From an uncultured delta proteobacterium (lineage in GTDB: Bacteria; Desulfobacterota; Desulfobacteria; Desulfobacterales; SG8-13), in the NCBI GenBank assembly GCA_963848135.1, contig CAWKCK010000003.1:930001-994000 (forward strand): a stretch of DNA of 64,000 nucleotides, given 5' to 3'. Made by a program: the position numbers and the translations under genes. The notes beneath the pieces were generated by a model, which was not told where the DNA came from, did no database searches, and was given only the letters and a program-made list of their open reading frames with translations. Positions 51,337-61,006 of the stretch are shown one piece after another (the stretch's first letter is position 1; each line of letters starts with the position of its first letter).

Positions 51337-52199
51337 ACCCGTTCCTCCAACTCCTTCTGCTGCCCGAAAAGGCCCGAAGGCTTTAGAATGAGAGTTAGAA
51401 TGATTGCCAGCAGAGCCACCACCATCTGAAAGTGGGACCCGATGTAGACCGCCGTCAAAATTTGTGCGAAACCAATGATAAAAGCGGCCAGAACCGCTCC
51501 GGCCCAGCTGCCGAGGCCGCCGACGATGCAGACGGCGATGGCCAGGATCAAGACGTTGTAGCCGGACTCCACCACGATGTTACCGAGCGGAAGGAGCAGC
51601 ATTGCCGCAAAGGCTGCCAGACTTGACCCCAATCCCATGGCCACCACGGCCATAACGTCCGAGTCGATACCCAGCATAAGCGCCGCGCGTTCGTCCTGGG
51701 CCATGCCGCGCAATGCCAAACCGACGCGGGTGAAATGCGTAAACAACCATAAACAAAATACCAAAACAGCCCCGATAGCGACGGTGAGGAGCCGTTGATA
51801 ATCGACCGATATGCCGGCAATAGTTGTGCTGCCGGAGATGAATACCGGTAGGGTGTATGTCATCCCTTTGAACCCGCCCCACCGCAACCCTTCGAGGATG
51901 GCCAAGGCGATGGCGTACGAAGCGATGATCTCCGAAATCTCCATACCGCGGACGCGGATCAGGAAGAATTGGTAGATCACCGCTCCGATAATTCCGGTGG
52001 CGAGCAGTGACAGGAGTATGCTGACAAAATAGTTGAGCCCCAGAGTATTGAGTGCACTCCAGGTGATAAACCCGCTGAGGATGTACAGGGCCCCATGGGC
52101 GAAGTTGGGCAGGCGACTGATCCCGTAAACCAGTGCGAAACCTAAAGCATAGAGCGCCAGTGCCACACTGTTGATTGTTCCGTAGATGAGAATGTCCAT
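51333..52199 (-). CDS. ABC transporter permease (LivH-like)
   Basis: ALGFALVYG..NFAHG, TRVGLALRGMAQD..AA.MLGID, VGGLGS. Confidence 0.92.
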   Translation of the reverse strand: MDILIYGTINSVALALYALGFALVYGISRLPNFAHGALYILSGFITWSALNTLGLNYFVSILLSLLATGIIGAVIYQFFLIRVRGMEISEIIASYAIALAILEGLRWGGFKGMTYTLPVFISGSTTIAGISVDYQRLLTVAIGAVLVFCLWLFTHFTRVGLALRGMAQDERAALMLGIDSDVMAVVAMGLGSSLAAFAAMLLLPLGNIVVESGYNVLILAIAVCIVGGLGSWAGAVLAAFIIGFAQILTAVYIGSHFQMVVALLAIILTLILKPSGLFGQQKELEERV

Positions 52200-52277
52200 A
52201 TCGGTTCGGTTCGCTTACCGGTTGAGCCTTTCAGCTCACTGATCTATAAAGTTGTCCAATTATTTAATATCTTTGAT

Positions 52278-53552
52278 TTATTTCTTCATCCAGGGGGGCA
52301 GCAGGATCTCCCCGGTGGCAATGCTCTTGGGGTAGACCACGATCCGTTTACCGTCCTGCCATTGGAAAATGCTGCCGACGGCACCTTCCTTGGGATCGGT
52401 TGACGGAATGATTTGGTGGCTTTTGGGATCGAAACGAATCCTGCCGTAGACACCCATCATATCCGTTTTCTCGAGCGCGCTGACGACCTTGTCGGAATCG
52501 ATGCTGCCGGCGCGTTCGATGGCGTCCTTCAATACATACACAGCCATATAACTGCTGGATGTTCCCAATCCTTCCGGTTCAACCCCCCACCGATCGGTAT
52601 AGGCGTCGTAAAATTTCATGGTCCAGGGAGTGGCCGTTGATGGTGCATTGCCGGCATTGACCACATTGCAGAGGGTGTATTCGCCTTTTCCATCGGTCGC
52701 CTTCCAGAATCCGGGTTGCTCTGCCGCCGCAAGGGTCGAACCGAATGGCAGTGCCGGAACCTGCATGTCGTACCATTGCTTTAAAAGAATAGCGCTTTCT
52801 GGCATGTCCATCCAGATGTTGATGATATCCGTTTTCGTTTCTTTGGCTTTCAACAAACCGATCGAGAAATCGGTGGCGCCAGTGGGATAAATCTCCAGAC
52901 CGGTGACGTTCCACCCTTTTTTGGTGGCAATGTCTTTGATGATGTTGGCGGCGCCGCGCGCGTGGCTGACATCCTGAGCGATGATAAACAGGTTGTTCAA
53001 TCCGTATTTCTCTTTCAGTTCATTGAAATTGGCGAATATTTCTCCGACGAGATTTTTGGCTTCACCGTGAATGCGGAAGCAGTATTTATATTTGTCGTAC
53101 TGTTCTGCTACCATGGCATGATATTTCGGGGTCAGCACACCGGTTGTCAGGATGGACACTTTTTTATACTTTGACAATAGCGGCATGGCCGCCAGGGCCG
53201 CCTCGGAACGAACCGGCCCCCCTATGATGAAATCGACTTTTTTATCCAGAATCAGCTTTTCGACAGCCAGCAGCGCTTCGCTGACCGGAACACCGGGCTC
53301 CAGATCCCGGGTGTCGATGGTATCCACTTTGAAAGGTCGCTTTTGACCGCCGCCGACATCGACGCCCCCGGCGGCATTGATTTCTTCCACGGCAAGCGTG
53401 ACCCCCCGTTCGGCGTCCCAGCCATAGAGGAAGGCCGTCGACAGCGGGCATCCGATGACAATTGGCTTCTCTGCCCTCACCGCGCCGGTGGACAGGGTCA
53501 GTGCGACGGTCATCAGAAAAACGATCAACATGTTTAGGGGTTTGGTTTTCAT
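52278..53552 (-). CDS. ABC transporter substrate-binding protein (LivK/PBP1 type)
   Basis: Signal peptide, LAVEEINAAGG, AVYVLKDAIERAGS, QWQDG...VVYP, SD AAGGAGG. Confidence 0.92.
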   Translation of the reverse strand: MKTKPLNMLIVFLMTVALTLSTGAVRAEKPIVIGCPLSTAFLYGWDAERGVTLAVEEINAAGGVDVGGGQKRPFKVDTIDTRDLEPGVPVSEALLAVEKLILDKKVDFIIGGPVRSEAALAAMPLLSKYKKVSILTTGVLTPKYHAMVAEQYDKYKYCFRIHGEAKNLVGEIFANFNELKEKYGLNNLFIIAQDVSHARGAANIIKDIATKKGWNVTGLEIYPTGATDFSIGLLKAKETKTDIINIWMDMPESAILLKQWYDMQVPALPFGSTLAAAEQPGFWKATDGKGEYTLCNVVNAGNAPSTATPWTMKFYDAYTDRWGVEPEGLGTSSSYMAVYVLKDAIERAGSIDSDKVVSALEKTDMMGVYGRIRFDPKSHQIIPSTDPKEGAVGSIFQWQDGKRIVVYPKSIATGEILLPPWMKK

Positions 53553-53870
53553 GGCGCCCTCCTTTTCATCGACACTGTGTTAGGGTTATAAAGATCGCAG
53601 AGAAACGGGTCGAATCAATCGCGATCATGGCATACGGAAACGAAGACCTCGGGGAAGGTTGACACCGGTCCGATTTTTGTTGAGGATCAACCGATTGTCG
53701 CTCTGGCGGCGATAACGCGCATATTACTCCATGCAAAGGTGATGGAAGCAATCGAAAAGAGAATCTGATGCGCATTTAGATGGCATATTGCGATATGATT
53801 GTCAATTCCATTGAAGATCTGGGGAGGAACCGGGCTTGACCGATTGACGCCAATCTGGATAGATAGCCAT

Positions 53871-54776
53871 ATGGAACAGCTTACGAAAACGGCCGCCATA
53901 CCGGTCCCGGCTGCGACCGTAATTCTGGGCCGACAACATCGGGAGGGGCTGCAGATTTATCTTCTCAAGCGGCATCCCCGAAGTGCCTTCATGGCCGGCA
54001 TGTTTGTTTTTCCCGGGGGTATGGTCGAATCCGCGACCGACCAGGCAAGCGGCTGGCAGGAGCACGTTGACCTCGATCCTGAAGAAATCAATTCGCGGTT
54101 CGGTGGAGACCTGACCGGTCCCGAAGCCCTTGCCTATGCGGTGGCGGCGATCCGTGAGACCTTTGAAGAAGCCGGTGTTCTTTTGACCGATACGGCCATC
54201 TCATCCCGTCAAAGCCTTGAACGGATCGGTAATATGCGCCTGAGCCGCGGAATGAAAAAAGGCTGGTTTCTCCGGCAGGCAAGTGCCGAAGGCTGGATCC
54301 TGAAACTTTCGGCGCTGGCACGCTGGGCTCGCTGGATAACGCCGACGCGAATGCCCCGACGATATGATACGCGTTTTTTCCTGGCTGTTATGCCCCGAGG
54401 GCAAATCTGTCGCCCGGATAACCGTGAGGCCACCCGCGGCATCTGGATCCGCCCATCAAAAGGGTTGGCCGCAAACCTTACGGGCGATATCCCCCTGAGC
54501 CCGCCGACACTTGTCGTGTTGAACGAACTGCAGGCATTCACTTCCATAGAGGACTTATTGGCATCCGCCCGGGACCGATCCTGGGGCCCGGCATTGCTGC
54601 CGCGGCTGCTGCCGCTGAAAAATGGAGCCGTGATCATCGAGCCCTGGGACACGCAGTACCATAACGATGAGATATCCATCGATATATGCGGACTGGAAAA
54701 ACAGATTTTGCCGGTGGGGGCGCAATTTTCAAGGCTTTGGTATAGTGCGGGCCTGTGGCGGCCGATAGGGGCCTGA
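53871..54776 (+). CDS. NUDIX hydrolase (NUDT19-like, possible CoA/acyl-CoA diphosphatase)
   Basis: AATVIL.R, FVFPGG, AAIRETFEEAGVLL, WITP...RRYDTRFF. Confidence 0.88.
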   Translation: MEQLTKTAAIPVPAATVILGRQHREGLQIYLLKRHPRSAFMAGMFVFPGGMVESATDQASGWQEHVDLDPEEINSRFGGDLTGPEALAYAVAAIRETFEEAGVLLTDTAISSRQSLERIGNMRLSRGMKKGWFLRQASAEGWILKLSALARWARWITPTRMPRRYDTRFFLAVMPRGQICRPDNREATRGIWIRPSKGLAANLTGDIPLSPPTLVVLNELQAFTSIEDLLASARDRSWGPALLPRLLPLKNGAVIIEPWDTQYHNDEISIDICGLEKQILPVGAQFSRLWYSAGLWRPIGA

Positions 54777-54877
54777 CGGCGATGCGGATCCATTTCCGGT
54801 CCCAGGTCCCTGCCGCGGCGCAAATCGAACCTGAAGCGCAAAGGTATTGATTTTATACACACAGAAGGAGGCGATAT

Positions 54878-55300
54878 ATGACTGTGCAAACGGAACTGCG
54901 CTGGAGCGAAGGGCTCCAATTCATCGGCCGGGCTGACAACGGATCGGCTGTTGTGCTCGATACTTCCGAGGGTGGCAGTGGTCCGTCACCCATGGAATTC
55001 ATTCTGATGGGTGTGGCGGGATGTGCCGGAATGGATGTGGTATCGATTTTAATGAAAAGACGTTCCCCGTTCACGGGCGTATTGATAAAGGCGACCGGAG
55101 ATCGGGCCGAAGACCATCCCCGGCGGTATACCCGCATACATATAGCCTTTGAGGTATACGGCCAGGGAGTCAAGCCCAAAGATGTCCAGAAGGCCATCGA
55201 CTTGTCTTTGGCCAAGTATTGCAGTGCCGTAGCGTCACTAAACGCTGAAATCGATCACTCTTTTCACATCGTTGCTCAAGAGCCACCGCTTGCCCGATGA
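54878..55300 (+). CDS. OsmC/YhfA family protein
   Basis: GPSPME..L.GVAGCAGMDVV.IL.K, AIDLSLAKYCSA. Confidence 0.92.
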   Translation: MTVQTELRWSEGLQFIGRADNGSAVVLDTSEGGSGPSPMEFILMGVAGCAGMDVVSILMKRRSPFTGVLIKATGDRAEDHPRRYTRIHIAFEVYGQGVKPKDVQKAIDLSLAKYCSAVASLNAEIDHSFHIVAQEPPLAR

Positions 55301-55722
55301 TGCTCCGGGTATTTTATTGCAGTGCCCTCGTGTCTCCATCGCTGGTATTCGTAGTATAAATCACGATTGTACACAATATGTTGGACAATACATTAAATTT
55401 TGATCCCATATTATGTGGTTTACCGTTGACAAAAATAAAGGGGACGTGTATGGGAGTCTCAAAGCCAGACGGACGGGGCGGTTTCCGGTTTCAGGCTGGC
55501 GAAACGCGGCACGTTTCTCTTCACTATCCGTGATTGCTGCGCGGACCGATTGTCGATCAATTGCTTCAGCGGTTGGGTTTACTCCATGGAGATTTTGGGG
55601 CAGTTTGACGCCGCAAATTGATTCCATTGGTTAATTTTACGACACAAAGAGAGACCACTTGCCAGGCTAACTGCAATCTACCCAAAATCCACAATAACGG
55701 TTAACCACAGAGGAGGCGCACT

Positions 55723-56463
55723 ATGATCATCAGTTTCGTCAATCAGAAGGGCGGGGTCGGCAAGTCGACGACGGCCATTAATCTCGCAGCGAGTCTGAAA
55801 CGAAAAAACTACAGCCTGGTGTTAATCGATGCGGACCCACAAGGGAGCATCGTTCAGTGGCATGCAGTGGAGAATAATAACGCGTTTGAAATACTTCACC
55901 ACCCTGAACCGCTTGATCAGTTAGATATAAAAGAACTTGCAGCGGACTATGACTATGTCGTGATCGATGCGCCACCGGCGATCGGTAATATCGCGAAATC
56001 GATTCTGGAAGTTTCGGATTTGGCTATCGTTCCACTGAGCCCGAGTTCTCTGGATATCTGGTCCGGCTGGGGAACCCTGGAAATGATCGAAGACGCCAAA
56101 CAGACGAATCCCGATTTGGTTGTGAAACTGCTGGTAAATCGCAAGATTCCCGGCACGCGTGTTGGCCGAGATGCCAGGGAAGCGATCGAAGTTTTCGATA
56201 TGGAAATATTCCAGACTGAAATGTGCCAACGGGTGGCCTTTATCGATGCGATGACCTCCGGAGTTTCGGTCATGCAATATGCACCCACCAGCAAGGCGGC
56301 AAAGGAAATTGAAAACCTCACTGAAGAAGTCATCCTCCTGACTGCTGGAGAGGAAGATGTGGAGGATGAGGAAGGGCTTCAAGCGGATGGTTGGAATTCG
56401 TTTCCGGAGCCTCGCGAGGAACAGGAAGAAACGTCACCATGGCATTTCAGGTACGACCGATAG
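55723..56463 (+). CDS. ParA/MinD-family ATPase (no adjacent parB)
   Basis: Deviant Walker A NQKGGVGKST, IDADPQGS, VVIDAPP, acidic C-terminal tail. Confidence 0.9.
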   Translation: MIISFVNQKGGVGKSTTAINLAASLKRKNYSLVLIDADPQGSIVQWHAVENNNAFEILHHPEPLDQLDIKELAADYDYVVIDAPPAIGNIAKSILEVSDLAIVPLSPSSLDIWSGWGTLEMIEDAKQTNPDLVVKLLVNRKIPGTRVGRDAREAIEVFDMEIFQTEMCQRVAFIDAMTSGVSVMQYAPTSKAAKEIENLTEEVILLTAGEEDVEDEEGLQADGWNSFPEPREEQEETSPWHFRYDR

Positions 56464-56607
56464 TCATTCGTTGCTGCTGAAATCTGCTGCCAGTGGGCCT
56501 AATTTCATCCTACGCGCTACACAGTGGCTTCCATAGCTGGTGTTATCCGCGGCTATCAGTCGATGAACGACCGTCTCACCCTGGCGTGCCTTGGCCACTG
56601 CCCAGTT

Positions 56608-56792
56608 TAGACGTTATCTCAAATTTGGATTTTCGGTCGAGATCAATGCGGAGCCGGGGATCCAACATAGCATGTGAGTCGCAACCCGCAGGCAGACTCA
56701 AGTACGTCGAGGGCTCGAGACAAGGGCTCAAGGCCGATACTTGTCCGCCTTTGGCCAGATCGGGCGAAAAGACTTTTTAGGGATGCCTAATA
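56608..56792. mobile_element. MITE-like interspersed repeat, copy 3 (inverted, 185 bp, lacks the 28-bp module)
   Basis: The reverse complement aligns with copies 1 and 2. It begins TAGACGTTATCTCAAA and ends GGATGCCTAATA. Confidence 0.85.
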
Positions 56793-56932
56793 GTAAAATG
56801 ACCGGATAATAACTCTACCGGCATGAATAGAATACCCTGAAACATCTCCGGCCGGATTGAACGACTTAAGTTATGATAGCCGGATCAGCTGTCGATAAAG
56901 TCATGATTTCAATATAAGCAAGGAGGTCTGAG

Positions 56933-57394
56933 ATGGCCAAAATGAAAAGAAGGCGGCTCAGTTGGAAACCTTCCGGCTCCCCCCAGGTCGTCGGCTACAA
57001 ACTCTATTGGTCAGAGGGCGATGAGGTTACCTATGATTCACAATTTGCGCCACTGGGCAATGTGACAGCCGTCATACTGCCGGATGATATCGCCTCTTTC
57101 AAGCCGGGAAAAGGTTCGCTCGAAATCGGTCTCACAGCCGTCGATGAATTGGGAAATGAATCTGACATGATCACTGTTTCAGCACCCTATCAATTCAGTG
57201 TGCCTGAAACCCCGGGCGGGCTAAAAATTGAATCGGTGCCGGATTACCGTACTGCCGCACCGTTACCAAATTCAGGGACCATTCCCACGACACCTGAACC
57301 GGGTTTGCCGGAACCAGAACCGGAATCAGATCCCGGTTCTGCCAAAAATGTTTTCGCGACCGATTCATCCGTTCGACAGTTGAAAACCGTTTAA
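56933..57394 (+). CDS. hypothetical protein with fibronectin-III-like motifs and a Pro-rich tail
   Basis: LSWKPS...VVGYKLYW...LTAVDELGNESD pattern, SD AAGGAGG, no hydrophobic signal peptide. Confidence 0.7.
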   Translation: MAKMKRRRLSWKPSGSPQVVGYKLYWSEGDEVTYDSQFAPLGNVTAVILPDDIASFKPGKGSLEIGLTAVDELGNESDMITVSAPYQFSVPETPGGLKIESVPDYRTAAPLPNSGTIPTTPEPGLPEPEPESDPGSAKNVFATDSSVRQLKTV

Positions 57395-57763
57395 GCCAAG
57401 GGAGATACGGACCTGGCAGTCAAACCGGATGATGGCCTGCGGTTTTACCCGGGTCTGGACGCAACCCCGTCATTTCCGCCGAAAGACTCGTGTGCATTCA
57501 ACAGCCCCTTCATCAATCGACACACCTTTACACATATCTGTTTATCTTGAGTGAAAGGGGCGGGCCGGGGACATGGGCGCAAAAATACGTTGCCCCGGTT
57601 ACGAAGGCAGAAGACATCCCCGTATTCCGAACGGTTCAATTATATAGGCGGCCGCGAGGTTTCGGAACCGAATGAGACTGCTCGATTTGGATGTTCAGGA
57701 TACAAACCAAAGGCGAAGCAGAAACTTAGTGGTATAAACGATTGGTCGACGAGCGGATCAGGT

Positions 57764-58252
57764 CTAATCCGGTTCGCGATACAGCGCCAATATTCCGGAT
57801 CTGGCCAGTTTTTTTATTCCCATTGGCTGTAACAAGCGGATGAGGGCGTCAATTTTTTCTTGTTTACCGGTAACTTCCAGGATGTAATGTGTTACACCGG
57901 TATCGACGATTTTAGCCCTGAAAGTGTCTGCGATTCGGATTATTTCTGTCCGGCTCTTCGGTTTGGCTTCCACACAAATTATGGCCATTTCCCTTTGTAC
58001 GGCTTTCTTGCCGGTCATGTCCCTGACCTTGATCACATTGATGAGCCTGCGAAGCTGTTTCATAAGCTGTTCGAGTTGATCGGGGCTCGCCGAGGTCGTG
58101 ATCGTGATGCGCGACATTTCCGGGTTGGCCGTCGGGGCACCGCAGATCGTTTCAATATTGTATCCACGGCCAGCAAACAGGCCGGAAACACGTGCGGTTA
58201 CCCCCGGTTCGTTTTCGACCAGCATCGTTACGATTTGCTTCTGTGCTTTCAT
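57764..58252 (-). CDS. ilvN: acetolactate synthase small (regulatory) subunit
   Basis: LVENEPGV.ARVSGLF.GRGYNI, SRITI, KQLRRLINVIKV, FRAKIVD, EVTG, LARSG. Confidence 0.9.
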   Translation of the reverse strand: MKAQKQIVTMLVENEPGVTARVSGLFAGRGYNIETICGAPTANPEMSRITITTSASPDQLEQLMKQLRRLINVIKVRDMTGKKAVQREMAIICVEAKPKSRTEIIRIADTFRAKIVDTGVTHYILEVTGKQEKIDALIRLLQPMGIKKLARSGILALYREPD

Positions 58253-58463
58253 GTTCGGCGCGTATCCCTTTCAGTGGATAAGGGTATATAGCGGTCATCG
58301 AAAAACTCATATCAGATGATTGCGAAAATCGCAAAGAGAACTGCTGCGGTGGTTGGCGCTGCCTCCGTGAATTAGCCGGTTTCAACGGGTGGATTCAATT
58401 TTTCAAAAAAATTCGGCGTTCAACGACCATCCAGTCGGTACTCTCAAATGGTTCGGATAAGAC

Positions 58464-59684
58464 ATGATGCTTTCATGGAAGACCTTATTTTCGGAGAATA
58501 TCTATCCGTATCAAGGATACGAAATCGGCAAACTGTTCAAACTACTCCATGATCCTGAGATCATTTCACTGGCAGGCGGACTCCCGTCACCGGATACTTT
58601 TTTAAAAGATCAGTTCCGAAGCGTTTCAAGGCAACGACTCATTGAGCGCATCGACAGGATCATGCAGTACACGGACGTATCCGGTGAGGCTGATCTCATC
58701 GAAGCGGTTATCCAATTTCTCGAAAAGGATCATATCCAGGTTTCGGAAGAAAATGTCTTGATCACCTCGTCGGGTCAGCAGGGGCTGGACCTAACCGGTC
58801 GTTTGTTTCTCGATCCTGGTGATATCGTTCTGGTGGATCGACCGACTTTTGCAGGGGCGCTTATATCCTTTGAAATGCAGCGGCCCGTATTTGTCGGCGT
58901 AGATATTGAAAGCGACGGGTCCGACATCGACGGTTTTCGAAAGATAATCGAGAATTTGGAGAAGAATAAAAGCAAACCCAAATTCATTTATGTCGTGCCG
59001 GATTTTCAAAATCCTTCCGGCATAACGATGCAGATGGACAAGAGGATCGCGCTGCTGGATTTAAGTCATGCCCACGGTATCCCGATCCTTGAAGATAGCC
59101 CCTATCGAAATCTTCGCTATTGCGGGGAAACAATTCCGTCTTTGTTCAGTCTGGACCAACAGCGCGGCGGAAGTAACGTCATCGGGATCTACACGTTTTC
59201 AAAACTTTTTTGTCCCGGCATGCGGGTTGGATTTAACATCGCCCCAAAGAGGGTTATTGAAAAAATGACCAACATTAAAGAAGGGAGTACACTGAATACC
59301 CCCAAATACAACCAGGACCTGTGTGCGGCCTTTCTTATTGAAATGGATTGGCAGGATCACCTAGAAAAATGCCAAAATTACTACCGGGATAAACTGAACG
59401 TTCTTCTTGAAGCTATGGACACGTATATTCCAAGAGACACTGGAATTACCTGGACCAATCCGGATGGGGGCCTGTTTATCTGGGTGACGCTACCGAAACG
59501 TATCGATACCTTGAAGCTGTTTCACAAAGCCGTGGCGCACAAAGTCGCATTTGTTCCCGGCAATGTCTTTTACGCTGAAAATCCCGCTCACAACCATATG
59601 CGGATCAATTTTTCCTTCCCACCCGCGAAACACCTGGCAGTGGCGGTCAAACGGCTGGCCCGGTGCATCGCTGACCAGTTGTAG
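58464..59684 (+). CDS. PLP-dependent aminotransferase class I (ARO8/LysN-like)
   Basis: ISLAGGLP, TSSGQQGLDL, VPDFQNPSG, EDSPY, TFSK..PGMRVG, GGLFIW. Confidence 0.92.
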   Translation: MMLSWKTLFSENIYPYQGYEIGKLFKLLHDPEIISLAGGLPSPDTFLKDQFRSVSRQRLIERIDRIMQYTDVSGEADLIEAVIQFLEKDHIQVSEENVLITSSGQQGLDLTGRLFLDPGDIVLVDRPTFAGALISFEMQRPVFVGVDIESDGSDIDGFRKIIENLEKNKSKPKFIYVVPDFQNPSGITMQMDKRIALLDLSHAHGIPILEDSPYRNLRYCGETIPSLFSLDQQRGGSNVIGIYTFSKLFCPGMRVGFNIAPKRVIEKMTNIKEGSTLNTPKYNQDLCAAFLIEMDWQDHLEKCQNYYRDKLNVLLEAMDTYIPRDTGITWTNPDGGLFIWVTLPKRIDTLKLFHKAVAHKVAFVPGNVFYAENPAHNHMRINFSFPPAKHLAVAVKRLARCIADQL

Positions 59685-59727
59685 TATAAAATCCACCGGT
59701 AATAAATATCTATAAACCACCCTGCTG

Positions 59728-60825
59728 TCAGGGCTGCCGGGCGTCGGCCGGTGCTGACAGCAACTGTTGCGACGTGCCTTTGTTAAAGTCCACCAGCTGA
59801 TCATGGGCCGCGAGGACCAATTTCTCGGTGGTTTCCCATGAGATACAGGCATCGGTGATGGAAACGCCAAATTTCAGTGCGTTGAGGTCAGCCGTAAAAT
59901 CCTGTCGGCCTTCTCTAAGGTGACTTTCCAGCATCAGTCCAATGATATTATCATTTCCGTTGACACGCTGTCTAATGACATCCTGCCAGACAATTTCCTG
60001 GTCTTTATATTTTTTATGCGAATTGGCATGCGAGCAATCAACGATAATGGTTTCGGGAAGCCCCCGAGCTTGCAGCAGCTGTGTGGCTTCCCGGATGCTG
60101 GCCGAATCGTAATTTGGACGCCGGCCACCTCGCAGAACGATGTGCGTGAAGGGATTTCCTGTGGTCTTAACGATACTGGTCTGGCCATCCGGGTCAATTC
60201 CCAAAAAATTTTGGGGTGAACCGGCAGCGATCATTGCATTCAGCGCGGTGTCGAGTCCCCCATCGGTACAGTTTTTAAAACCGACCGGCATTGACAGACC
60301 ACTGGCCATCTCCCGGTGTGTTTGTGACTCGGTCGTGCGGGCGCCGATGGCAGACCATGATATGAGGCCGGCGATATACTGAGGTGTGATTGGATCGAGC
60401 ATCTCCGTGGCGGTGGGAAGTCCCATTTCCGTAATCTTTAGCAACAATCTGCGCGCTTCGCGCAACCCTTGCATCATGTCGCAGGACCCATCCAGACCCG
60501 GATCGTTGATCAGACCTTTCCAGCCGATATTGGTCCGGGGTTTTTCGAAATAAACCCGCATGATCAGGTAAATTGAATTTTTGACCTGGTCTTTGAGTCC
60601 GTTCAGCCTTTCTGCATATTCAAGGGCGGCTTTCTCGTCGTGAATCGAGCACGGACCGGCAATCACCAGAAGGCGCCGATCCGTTTTCCTGATGATATTC
60701 TGTATTGTTTGGCGTCCTGAAATCACAGTGTGGGCCGCTTTTTCGGTGATCGGCAGTTCCTCTTGCAAGGTCACCGGAGAAATGAGCGGGATGAACTCCT
60801 TAACATTGACATCATAAGTTTTCAA
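59728..60825 (-). CDS. aroF: 3-deoxy-7-phosphoheptulonate (DAHP) synthase, class I
   Basis: GPCSIHD, MRVYFEKPRT, IGARTTESQTHRE, VDCSHANS, SITDACI. Likely start is TTG at 60825 after AAGGAG. Confidence 0.93.
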   Translation of the reverse strand: MKTYDVNVKEFIPLISPVTLQEELPITEKAAHTVISGRQTIQNIIRKTDRRLLVIAGPCSIHDEKAALEYAERLNGLKDQVKNSIYLIMRVYFEKPRTNIGWKGLINDPGLDGSCDMMQGLREARRLLLKITEMGLPTATEMLDPITPQYIAGLISWSAIGARTTESQTHREMASGLSMPVGFKNCTDGGLDTALNAMIAAGSPQNFLGIDPDGQTSIVKTTGNPFTHIVLRGGRRPNYDSASIREATQLLQARGLPETIIVDCSHANSHKKYKDQEIVWQDVIRQRVNGNDNIIGLMLESHLREGRQDFTADLNALKFGVSITDACISWETTEKLVLAAHDQLVDFNKGTSQQLLSAPADARQP

Positions 60826-60870
60826 TTTTTTCTCCTTTAGGAAATAGAGCCGCAAGGGTCGTCTTTACCC

Positions 60871-60905
60871 AAAAAAAAACCGCAGGCTTTGTCTGCCTGC
60901 GGTTT
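60871..60905 (-). terminator. attenuator terminator of the aroF leader
   Basis: Minus strand reads AAACCGCAGGC-AGACAAA-GCCTGCGG followed by a 9-T run, between the leader peptide and aroF. Confidence 0.88.
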
Positions 60906-60925
60906 AAGTTTTTGGTGGTTTCGGT

Positions 60926-61006
60926 TTAACGAGGCACAGGCTGACCGTGAGTACTTAAAAAATAGTACCGATAATAAAACTGGCTGCCTGAATCCTGACT
61001 GACCAT
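60926..61006 (-). CDS. Phe/Tyr-rich attenuator leader peptide (26 aa)
   Basis: MVSQDSGSQFYYRYYFLSTHGQPVPR*, with SD AAGGA upstream. It is too short for the ORF track. Confidence 0.85.
   Translation of the reverse strand: MVSQDSGSQFYYRYYFLSTHGQPVPR

Noticed and set aside
18397..56792. Repeats considered as a CRISPR array, tRNA or autonomous IS
   Set aside because: They are dispersed rather than tandem, and there are no spacers, cas genes, cloverleaf or transposase ORF.
58253..58463. Branched-chain amino acid attenuator upstream of ilvN
   Set aside because: The short ORF MVVERRIFLKIESTR has no tight Ile/Leu/Val run and no terminator with a U-tract follows.
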